Below, one piece after another: positions 15,101-27,100 of a stretch of DNA of 64,000 nt. Source of the DNA: Phoronis australis (taxonomy: Eukaryota; Animalia; Phoronida); NCBI GenBank assembly GCA_002633005.1, contig NMRA01000326.1:86675-150674 (forward strand), in the 5' to 3' direction. Under the pieces are notes generated by a model. It was not told the DNA's origin and ran no database searches. It was given only the letters and a program-made list of their open reading frames with translations. Made by a program: the position numbers and the translations under genes. Each line of letters begins with the position of its first letter. The stretch's first letter is position 1.

Positions 15101-18100
15101 AGTTGGACTGAAGCTAGAGTAGTCTTCATTCCTAAACCAGAGAAGAACTCGTACCATTTAGCTGAATCATTTAGGCCTATAACCTTAACTTCCTTCTCAA
15201 AGAACTGGCATGAACAAGGTAAACAGAACAAACTTCGGAACCAGTATGCTTATAGACCAGGTTTCTCTACGGAGACCTCTCTACGGAGACCTCTCTATGG
15301 ACACCTCTCTACGGAGACCTCTCTACGGAGACCTCTCTACAGAGACCTCTCTACAGAGACCTCTCTACGGAGACCTCTCTACGGACACCTCTCTACGGAG
15401 ACCTCTCTACGGACACCTCTCTACGGAGACCTCTCTACGGAGACCTCTCTACAGAGACCTCTCTACGGAGACCTCTCTACGGACACCTCTCTACGGAGAC
15501 CACTCATCTGGGTGATAGACGGGAAAGGGTGGCTTTTAATAAACAATTTGCCCTCTGCGCCTTCACTGACCTTGTTGGACCTTTCAGCAATATTAAGCAT
15601 GATGTGATCTGAGTAGCACTAAACCATTTTAAAGTGCATAGGTGTCTTACCGGGTGGATCATTAACATGCTCGGAAGTCAATCTGTGACTGCTTGTCAAC
15701 ATGGTTATGGATGGTCTACTTCAATAATTAGCGGCTGACATGGGTCCTAACTTGTATGTTCTAGCCTATGAAAATGATATTGTTCTCAGAGTGTCTAGTA
15801 TCGATCCTGACTCGTCGTTAGTGAGCTCAAAGAGCACTGAATACAGCAGCCACAAGGACTTAGTCAGCTGATTTAGAAATTGTGGTAGCAAAACGAAGGT
15901 GAATAATATGTTCACCTGGGAGCTTAAATGGCCATTGCAGCCTTTAATGCCGAATGGTAAACATCTTGATCTTGCGGACAATACCTAGGTGTCATTTTAC
16001 ACCATCGTCTTTCCTGGACCCCGTATATTACAGAAAAAATCTCAAAAGCAAAAACTGCACTAGTGAGATGCAGTCGTGCGGTGGGTAAAATTTGGGGAAT
16101 ATTTCCCAAGAATATTTTCTGGATTTACACTGCTGTTATCCGACCTATAATGTCCTATGCTGCGTCAGTATTGGTAACGAAGTTAAAACAGATTGCAATT
16201 ATCAACAAACTTAATCAGCTGCAACGTCTAACTTGAATGTTTTTCCAGGAATGCCTTCTGCAACCCTAGAAAGGCTAATCGGTCTACCACCACTCCAGCA
16301 CTGCATCTCAGATATAATGGTCAGTGGCAGAAAACTCACATCCTAATTCAGCAGCACACAGAAGCCACAGGAATGTGTGCAATAAGCTAATGGCCAAATC
16401 TGGGCAACTATGGAACATGCCTAGTGATGTCCAGATCACAGATTTTTCATAAAAACAATTTCTTTACAGAGACTTCTGATGGATGGCCTACCCCAGAACA
16501 CAAGAATGAGGTGATTTGTTATACAGATGGCTCTAAACTCAGGAAAATGGCCACGCAGGTGCTGGAATCTTTTTTCCAAGCCTTCCTGTGGCAGACGCAG
16601 AAAGCTGCGTATTGCTAGGCAATCTTGCCACGGTGTTCCAGGCCGAGATCACTGCAATTAAGAGTTGCTCAACTGGCACGGCAGTACAATACGAAGCTGG
16701 GCAACCAACCAATTACCATCTTTTCAGATAGCCAAGCAGCAATAAAAGACCTAAAGAAACCAAGGGTCCACTCTTGTTGCATTAATGCTTGCATCAGAGG
16801 TTAACAAGCTTGCAATTGGAAGAACCGTCAGGGCCCATGTGGGAATTGACGGCAATGAGAATGCAGACAGCCTCACAACCCAGCGTTCTGCAATGTATAC
16901 CCCAACCTGCTATCCAGGTATCCTATGGATGCTGCAGGATGAGTACACACAACTGAGTACATACAAAGTCAGCAGCCCAGTGGGCATCACTTAAAGTAGA
17001 ATACCACCTGATTTAATTAGTCCTTTTTGCCATCTTAATCGGTCTATATCCACATTGCCTCGCATACGGTCGACCTTACCTTGCCAAGAGGTGTCGCGTT
17101 AACCTGTGAGGAAGGTGAGAAACGACTATAGCGACGCCAGTGGTTCATATGCAGAGTGAATGCCGCTATGTTGCGGTGCATCGTTCCCGCTTGTCCGAAT
17201 TAAGCAGCTGCGAGGAAAGCGGGTATATCGTTTTTTTTACTTCCTCGAGTCCGAAATGTTTAGGAAGTGGCTCCTGGTAGTGAAGAATGTAATGTACGCT
17301 GTAAATAGCAAGTATGAGGCCGTGAAACATCTCCCGTGTCTGTGGCCTGCAGACGTCGACAGTGCCTGACGAATGCCGACTTACCAAATAACTCCATATG
17401 TTCCGTTGTCTGAGCTTGTTCACGGCGCCTCTCTAGTATTTCTTGATCAGTGTATTCCGGTTCGAATTGATAGCCTGTAAAACTTAACGATCTACCTGCG
17501 AAGTCGGGACTGATGATCTCTAGTTCGTCCTATGTCGGGATTGCGAGTTGCCCTGTTGGCGTTTATTACCGAACGTTCTGTTTCAAAATGAATTATTCTC
17601 ACCCTAACCAATACTTATACCAAACTGAAACAAAGTTTGTCTCATTAGATACAATTTGCGATGCCTTTGGAGTGTTCATGAGTGCAAGTGATTTGAGAAG
17701 CCAGCAATGAATAAATCACTGCGTTACCGGCTTTAGGTGCAATAAAACTAATTGACAAGACACCGAGGCCATGTGAGCTCATGCTAATTTAGTGTTTGCT
17801 GGCAGAAACTGTTGTGAAACAACTCGATTTCCATCCCACGGCCAGGTGTAAGGGGAATCTTTATTTACATTTACATTACTCAAATAATGATTGTCAATGT
17901 ACAGCTTCTGCCCTGACGGTGCTGTGGCCAAAGCGGAACCTGAATTCGTGGCCCCCGGCGAGTAAGTAAGTTTGCAGTTTCGTGGCTAATTCACCAACAT
18001 AATCAGGTGCACATTACTTTGGCTCACTAGTATAGTATTTTCTTGACTGGAACTTAAGTTTCCACTGAACTTTGGCTGGTTTATGTTCATGATGTCTGAT

Positions 18101-21100
18101 CAGTTTCTGAGCCACTGGCCGGGATAACGAGTCAATCCGGCCAGCCGCGATGGGCCTGATCGGCCTCCGAGCCACTGACCAGGATAACAAGCGTTTTGTG
18201 TTTAGAACTCAGAAGATCACAAGTCTAAACAACACAGATCTAGGTTCTCCTGTCTGTATCTCACGGAAAATACTTCGAAATTATCTCCGAACAGACCCCA
18301 AACTTCTGCTACAGAAGTTATTGGCCTGCCGAACTTTGTAGCTAGGCTACGGTGTCCAAATACCAATAAATCCGTAAGAGCGAAATAAAACAACACGTTT
18401 TTATAAGAACTCGGTGTATTTTTAAGGGTTTTACATCGAAGTTTAATGATTTATTGGTGTTAAACGATGACTTCAAGGGATAAGCAGACAGCAGTAACCC
18501 GTGCTGTGAGTTGCTGAACAGACTGCGTGTGAAACCGATGACGTCATTGGATAATTTCAACACCTCCGTCTGCTGTCAGGTGTCAGGTAACGCAACCGTA
18601 CGTGTCGTTATGGAGTAGAACTACTCGATCTAAATTGATACAAATTAGGTTGTTTTTGGGGTGGCATGCTCCTTTAACTCCTGCAGAGACACCAATGAGA
18701 ATTTTCTCAACATGATCAAACCTTCCGAGTCCTGATAGATTGGGCATAAGACATGTCATTCAAATTTTGTCAGGGCACTGTAACCTACCCCAACACAGAC
18801 ACATTACTGGGCATTTGGAGAGCCTAGTGTGTCCCAAGAGTGGTACTGACATTGAAACTCCTAAACACCTGCCCAGCTTTTTATAGGCTAAGAAGCAACC
18901 TACTGGATTGCACTGTTAGATGCCTACAACATATAGCGCATGGCAACAAATGGAAATGTCTGTCCATTTTCTTAAAGGAGACAACCAGACTTGAAAACTT
19001 CCTTCACGAAGAACCATAACGAAGTTCATTTGCTTTCAGCTCAGTTGTTTGGTGCAATGGACCCAACCATGAGGCCTGCATATCTCTGATGCACCACAAA
19101 TGACATCAGGCCACCTGCACTGTTTTTTAAGTACGAGACAATATTACCTCTGACACAACACTCATGCATCTAGACCAGCCGGCCACGCGCTAACAGTTTA
19201 ACCACATCATTCTGTAATGTTGACATTTCGTAATGTACAAGCACACTAGCCTCTTAAGGCCTCAACTGGCTGCAGGAAAAAAAGTTGCATTTCTAAAGTG
19301 AAACTTCTTGATAGGTAAGTGACCACAGAGTGTACACAGACTGCATGAGATGTGAAATAAAAGGAATACAGGTCAATCAAAAGTAACTCACCGTTAAATA
19401 GAGATTCTCCAAATACAAGGAAATACAGAACATTATTTACATGAACCTCTTGAAAGATGGCCAACACCTGAAAATAAAATAACAGACAAATACAGAAATA
19501 TAGTTAGTAAGAAATGACAGTAAAGCACTGTGTGAACATACAAGACGTAGTGTACACAGTTGTTGAGAATCCTTGAGCAGGACAAGGCACAGTTTAACCA
19601 GTATACCAGACACATGGTTATAAACTTGTCTAACTCTGAAGGCACACATCATACTTGCTACTGATTGAACAAATCACTTAACATTACACAGACACCAAAG
19701 GGTCAACCAACTTCATTTTAATGTCCTAGTTGCATGCTATTTTATCAATTAGAACACTAAACATGTTATAAAGAAGTCATTGGTAAAGCACACTGACCTT
19801 AAAGAAGTCCACACATGAGAAATTCATAAATATCTGCACTCATCGCAATCTGGGCTTGGGGGTTTAATCTTTTTTACATTCTACTTGAATTCTAACATAA
19901 AATAATTGTCTATAGTTCTGTGGTGATTTACACAATTGATTGTGTATTCCTGTTTTGCACTTGTTGACCCCAGGATTAAAGTTACAAGTTAGAGTCTCAA
20001 ATCGGAATTTCAAGTTCTTACATGAAACTTCAAGATTCTACTCGAATTTGTAGCTCGAATTTTGGGGTCAGCCTAGGACTATACTCAGTTTCTTGAACCA
20101 AAATTAGCTGGTCAGCTCAGACTAATGAACTACTATCTGAGTTTGAATTTAGAAGAACGGAAAATGGCAAAGGTATTTTTTAATTCGATTTTGAGTAAAA
20201 AGATAACACCCTGGCCCCTGGAGCCGAGTATCAAACCGGCAAAGCTCAAAGTACATTTCTTTAACAAATGACTATAAAACTTCCACCTGGTGGTGACAAA
20301 ATAAAAACAAAATAATGTATTCAACTAATTTACAAATACTGCACTACTACGAAGTGCTGTTTTGACCATATAAGCAAGCAATGTTTAAATAAAAACTCTG
20401 GTCTAGAGTCCGCGGTCTTACACAGTGACCTTGACCTACTTACAGCCACAGGGTCAACAGCTACTACAAGCGCACTGAACACAAGACACTGTAGGATAGT
20501 GAGGCTCATTACTGTACCCCCACCCATGGCACCACCAGTGGCCAGTGCGTATATCAATGGACCTACAAACGAATGGTAGATATCAACACAATATATGGCA
20601 ACACCAGAGAGGAGGATGTTGTAGATGTGAAGGAGAACATTACACAATATTAGCAGCACATTCACTTCCACCCAATCACAGTAAGCAGCACATTCACTTC
20701 CACCCAATCACAGTAAGCAGCACATTCACCCAATCAAAGAGAGCAGCATATTCACACAATCACAGATAGCAGCACATTCACCCAATTGCTTGGGAGTAGA
20801 CACGGTCTTGCAAGGTCATGTGGAACTTGGTACAGGATAGCGAGTGCTTTCACTTCAGACTTTACTGAGTACATATTTAAGCTCACTTTTACCCCACTTG
20901 TGATATAGTAGAAATAATTTTCACAAACTACTCTAGAGTATCAAATTCAATCATAATATTTGAATCCTTACATTAAATTTCACAAAATACTGAATGACTT
21001 TTTATGAAATAGTATGTTACATTCAACCATCTGTTTGCGAGAGAAAAGAACTGAAGATTAATAAGAACAATTTGTGCTCATACTAAAACACCCATGCTAC

Positions 21101-24100
21101 GCAAAAAACAGAAAAAAATCTGGATGAATGAATAAAGTTTGTAATCAAATTAAAACTCCACTTACCAATAACAAAACAGTTGATGACAGTTCCCTGAAAA
21201 AGAGTAAACATCAATAAATAGCATATTAAACTGTACACAACTAACACAACATAAAGAGATAGAAAGTAACAGCTTCAGTTAGAACGTACCTCATTCCTAA
21301 TGTGTCAGAATATAGTCTGACAGTATTATTAGTTGTATTGTTTTGTTTTGTTAATCAGCTTGATTGGCATGACCCCTGAGTTAAGTACAATGATGATGTA
21401 ATTTGTTTACTACAGAATAGTATGGAACTTTCTAGAAGACTCTACCGTGACAGTGATTGATGTAGTCTGGAATATTCTAGAGACTAGTATATGTTTGTAG
21501 AATGATTGGGTAGATTCAGGAAAGTTCTAGAATGTGCTCGAATTGATGTAAAGTTCCAGAACAATGCATTAGGCTATAAATACACAAGCACGGGTTTGTG
21601 TTAGTAAGATCAAGTCGGGAGATCAAGTGAGATCAAGTAAGTTCAAGAAAGTTAATCAGGAGAACTACAGTTGAGTTGCAGTGAAGAGAATCAGCAGTTA
21701 CAGCGATAGTCAATAGAGAGCCAGCTGTAGAGACAGCAGGTTATTGAATAGACGAGTGTAACAGTTGCTGAACGTGTCTCAGAAGTTCATCTCAAGTCAA
21801 GGCTTCGCAGCACTGGCTGGAGCATAGAACAGACATTATGTCGGACGTTTTGTTTGAGTAGGCTTGTGAATGCATGGTCAGGATTAATAAAGGATTAACT
21901 CGAACCAGTCTTCAGTCAATCGTCGCACCGAAAGCTATTGGCACCGGTCTGTAACAACCTGCGCCCACCCACACACGGGCAAAAACGTGACATAATGAAA
22001 GTGACAATGTCATTGACGTCACCATTGAATACTTCTGGCTTTGCAAGTGGACACTGTTGTCATGTATTGTCAGCAATAACTTAATAACTAGTTATCGCAA
22101 TATATAATACTTCTCTATCCCTAAATAACACATTAGCATAAACTACTGGCATCTAACAAACATTAGCCTTCAGGTGTTACCGTATGACTGGGAGATAAGC
22201 ACGAAATTAAGTGGTCGTACATGAAGGAATTTCATTTCTGCAACTTTGGACGATTTAGAAAGTGGCAAGAATCACAGATAGCTGAGATTGCACACATACG
22301 TAGATGTACTAGTAAGACTGCCTTGCATAGTAGCAGTTCAATGTCTATTCACGCACTCAAGTTTTATACAACATTTTAAAATATGGTATTAAAATCAACA
22401 AAAATTCACAAGTTTGGTTATATAAGTCTCGCGATTTTCGGACGGCCTGCCATTTTGGGACAAGAATAAATATTTCCGAAATGAGTTTTTCATAATCCAC
22501 GAAATTTGTACAAGGTCCAAAAACTGTTTTTCAATGATCCTCGAATTTCGGACAATGTCATAAACATCGGATTTCTGTCCCGCGACTTTCGGACAAGGAA
22601 ATTTTTGAAACGCTAATTTCGGATCGACGCACCTCTCGTGTCATTACAGTGTTCAATGGATGATTACTGCTCTATAAGGCTTGAATCCGAGAATCGGTAT
22701 AACGGACTCTGTAATTTTTACCTTGTTTTGACGATGTCACGACCGTTACTCAATTGTCTTGCATTTAGCTTGTGTTAAGCGCTTTATCTATAAAAAGAAT
22801 CACCGAGTCCTGTATGACGGAAACTTCTGATGAAAATACAAATGGGAAATACACCTGGTCCAAAGGCTGCAACTTTTCGTTGTAGCGTAACATGTGCTCT
22901 GGTTTAATTAGACCGTGTTATTCGACCTCCGACTGAGACATTGAGCTTGCACACCTGACATCAACTTGGGTGCTTACGAAACTTTTTATTTTTAAAATGT
23001 CATGGCCTTTGCAAATGCCCTTGTCAATGGCTAAAATCTCCTGTCGACGTGTCTGGATTTTATCCTTAACGCGATGAAAAATATTTTTTGTTAAGGCTCC
23101 CATACACAATACAGCCAAGTCTGTCTGTCGGATATCGCGCGTTCGAACTAGTGTAGATAGTGAACAGCAGTAGCCGAATGAGACGGAGCCAAAGTAAAGC
23201 TGGTTACAAAGCAAATATAATTAAATCGCACACTGCATGAGCCCCACCGAGGCTGCATCATGCACGGGAGATTTTATGCTTCTTCCTCTTCAGTCGATTA
23301 ACTATTGTCAGACTATAAGTTTTGACATCGGAACCCTGTGGCACTCTATGTCTGCGGTGACTAAGAAAATCATCCACCAATTTCGAAAAATGACAAGTCA
23401 GTTGAATCAGATTTGGTAGTCGTTGCTTCTTGTGGTCCTAGGGGTAAGCTAACAAGAATACAGGACCTGGAGTCCGATGCAACGGGCCTGGAACCTTGTA
23501 GGTGTTTACGACCCTTAGTTCCATATCTACTTTCCACAGGACCTACTCTTCTCGTCCATGTCACCGCCTTCAGTTGAGACAAAAAAAGAAATGTGATCTT
23601 AAACTACAGAATGAGTGTTTTGTATTACCTAAGGTAGTTATAGGAGCATTTCAGCTGTAAGTGTGTTTAATTCGTAAGAGATGACCTTTACATTACTAAT
23701 TATTATTGTTCTACTTTTACCCGAGGTGATGCGTTACCTGCAGCAAGGGTAAATAATTTTGGGAAGTATTACCAGCGACTTCCGTATATAAGGTCGGTAA
23801 AACCAAAAGGCATGTAAAAATACACCAGGGCCTATACTCGGCAATGCTGAATACACGAACACAGTATAAATATTGTAGCTCGCCCTAAATACATCCTAGT
23901 GAGAATAGCATTATTTTTAGATTTCAAACATGCTTTTTTATTCTCAGATATGCATCCCAGGTATATTTTGGGAAAAAAATTAAGATACGCAAACTGGGCA
24001 TATATTCTGCTGGACTTATATTCGGAAATCTACGGTGGATCTTCTTAAACCTGTAAACCGTGAAATTTCATTGAGACAGTTTTGTTCTGCTAACATGTTC

Positions 24101-27100
24101 AATTAACATTCCGTTCATGTAAGTCAGTCAGTATGTTCAAGTTTAAGGCATTATTGCAACAGGTAAGTGTTGTTTCGATTTTTGTCTGGTGTTTCCATAT
24201 TTTATTTTGTTATGTATTCCCCTATGTGGCCCATGAGGAGAATTTCTGGCTTACACTGGTGACCACTCCAATTCCTTAAGCCCCAGACAACTTTTATGAT
24301 CCCTATTCAGCACACCCTTTGTATTGATGAAGATCTGAGCTAATGAAGTGGAAAGGTAATAGCTAACATTACTGTCTCAACAATGGTTGTTGTTAATACC
24401 CCCACTTTGGTTTCCTCTAACATTTCCAAGTTATAACCTGCAACTCTGGAGAGTAATTTAAACTTGGTACATTATAAATATTACGAAATGACTAAAAAGG
24501 TTAACTGGTGTTTATCTTCACAAAGGGCCACTTCCCAAAGGAACGATAAGTTTCATATTGGTTTTCTTTATTTAATTTTTAATGCTTCAGCCCACTTGTT
24601 TTTTTCTTACCGCAAACGTGTTGATAACTTTTGAACTTGAAGAACCAAAACAGTGGTAGTCCGATTTTGATCGCCAGCTAAACTTAATTGGTTAAGTTCA
24701 TTGTGAACCCATCCCTAAACTTACCACATTACAGGTATACTAAACAATTCACGTGTCATTAAAGTTTAATCTTTATTAGAATTCAAATCATAAAATATAT
24801 ACAAAGGTGCGAATATGGTGATAAACAAACTGAAGAATTGGAATCTCTGGACANAAATGACTAAAAAGGTTAACTGGTGTTTATCTTCACAAAGGGCCAC
24901 TTCCCAAAGGAACGATAAGTTTCATATTGGTTTTCTTTATTTAATGTTTAATGCTTCAGCCCACTTGTTTTTTTCTTACCGCAAACGTGTTGATAACTTT
25001 TGAACTTGAAGAACCAAAACAGTGGTAGTCCGATTTTGATCGCCAGCTAAACTTAATTGGTTAAGTTCATTGTGAACCCATCCCTAAACTTACCACATTA
25101 CAGGTATACTAAACATTTCACGTGTCATTAAAGTTTAATCTTTATTAGAATTCAAATCATAAAATATATACAAAAGTGCGAATATGGTGATAAACAAACT
25201 GAAGAATTGGAATCTCTGGACAATTTCTGTGGCACTGACTATATAACTATTCTAGCAAGTTTGTCAGTAATAAAAAATGAAAAGTGGGCATAACAACTGT
25301 TTCCTGGTAAAAAATCTGGTTACACGAGATTGAAAGAATATTAAAAAATGAATCCATGTGATATTGTTAACTCTGATTAGCGCTTGTATATCCACCGAGT
25401 ACATCATTACGCGCTGTAGTTTATCTTCAATCGTACCCAATGGTTGTAGTTTTTAGATTTATTAGTTCATCGATTTTAAAAAATCAAAAACCGTACTTGG
25501 TTGTTTTGTTTTTTCAGCTGAATACCGCCGTGGTGTTCGTTTATAAAGAAAATTAGCGGTTAATGCATTTTGAAAATTCGCCATTATGCACAGTCAGAGA
25601 TGTTTTTAAACATCTCTGACTGTGCAAAATACGGTTTACGATCGGATGATTACATTTAATTGGGTCTTTTGCTTGCATTGGGCAATGCGGTCATCACAAC
25701 CGTACCCGATTTCGGCGCCCACTCAAAAGGACGAGCGGTGAAATTTCCTGCATATCTTAAGAAATGCATGACTTCCTTGTAAGTGTATTATTCACGGTAT
25801 GCTCTACAGATAGTCACTGTTATTCTTCAACAACATTTCTGAACTTATAATGAGACTTTAGTAAACTGGGACTGTTCATACTTTAAATTTTGCAGAAGTG
25901 TGTGACGTCCATCAGCAGAGACCTGTAGGAAGTCAGAACTACTGTCCGTAACTGTAGCGAATATATGACGCAATGAAATGAAAACAGTTGAAATAGATGG
26001 ATTGCCTGGTTTACGTCCTTTATGAGTTCACGCTGTCCCAATATTTTTGTTTTTCTTTTCAGGTCAGCACTAGTCGATTCTTCTAAAAGTTGTGATCTGC
26101 TGATGAGCCTATTGTATCAACATGCGCAACAACGGTCGTGGCAGGGGGGAGCACCTAGACGACAGCCGTAGAATTAGTGGCACAAAATCAACNGGGGGGG
26201 GGGGGGCATGGGGCGAAAATTAGTAATGACTGCGGGAGTGCTGCGCGAAATTGGTGACGACCGTGGACGGCGTTGAACTGGTGACGATCAGAAGACACGG
26301 CTCTGTGGCTCTGTTATCTTCCACCCAGATTATCAGAAAATGTTGACGATTATCAGTTTCATTTCCTCCACAAACAGATTTCACAAGAGTTTTCACTGTC
26401 AGCAGTTTAGCCTGTGGTTAAAAACGTAAGCAAACCCAGATGTGTTAGGTCATGTCAGTTGCATGAAGACGCGCCAGTGTATCACTGAGTTGACATTGGG
26501 CGTTTCAAAGGCTGTGGATGAGAAAGGTTTTAATTGTAAAAACGGCTGGGTGAATTTGATGTTGGTAGCATTTGAAATTGCATTCACTTTCTAGACCACG
26601 CCTTTCTATATACAATATGTTAGTTAATCGTGCTCTTCAGCCGCGCAGCACTGTACGAGTCAACACATTCCCATCGTTTACAGTAGACCTAAACATGTAG
26701 AACGACAGTGGTCCCAAGTCCGATGCGCTTCTTCAACAATTCAGATGACTACCAGAGTGACGAATGGGGATCACGAGAGGATGAGAAACTAGTCATTTTA
26801 CTATCATGATTATCTTTGCAATCTATTTTGGATAATTGTTCACTCGACGTTTTCATGCTGAAACTGAGCTTTCAGTTAATATGGAAATAAAGGTGTCAGA
26901 GTTAACTTATGTTTTGGTTTGTAACTAGCAGACGCATGGATGCCTTTAACAAATATAAATAACAAGAGCAACGCAGAGCGTTGAAATGCGCCCACAATTG
27001 CACCACATACGGTATCCTTCTAGGGTTGTTTATTGGTACCATAAAGTGGCCAGTAGANATGGGGCAAAAATTAGTAATGACTGAGGGAGAGCTGCACGAA

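Larger units (their letters stand above)
14967..19128 (+). mobile_element. Second copy of the same LINE, interrupted by a Kolobok-type insertion
   Basis: Colinear with 11270-13662 apart from scattered substitutions, small indels and the 16995-18673 insert. Confidence 0.9.
10941..20150. other. Tandem duplication (about 10941-14684 vs 14686-20150) joined by a single N; probable haplotype duplication
   Basis: N at 14685; last ~0.9 kb of the two copies essentially identical. Confidence 0.85.

Noticed and set aside
15210-15515. Repetitive ORF (SLRRPLYGDLSTET...)
   Set aside because: Read-through of the 14-bp VNTR within a frameshifted LINE.
16995-18673. piggyBac assignment for the TTAA element
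   Set aside because: Termini are AG...CT, not CCY...RGG; Kolobok fits better.
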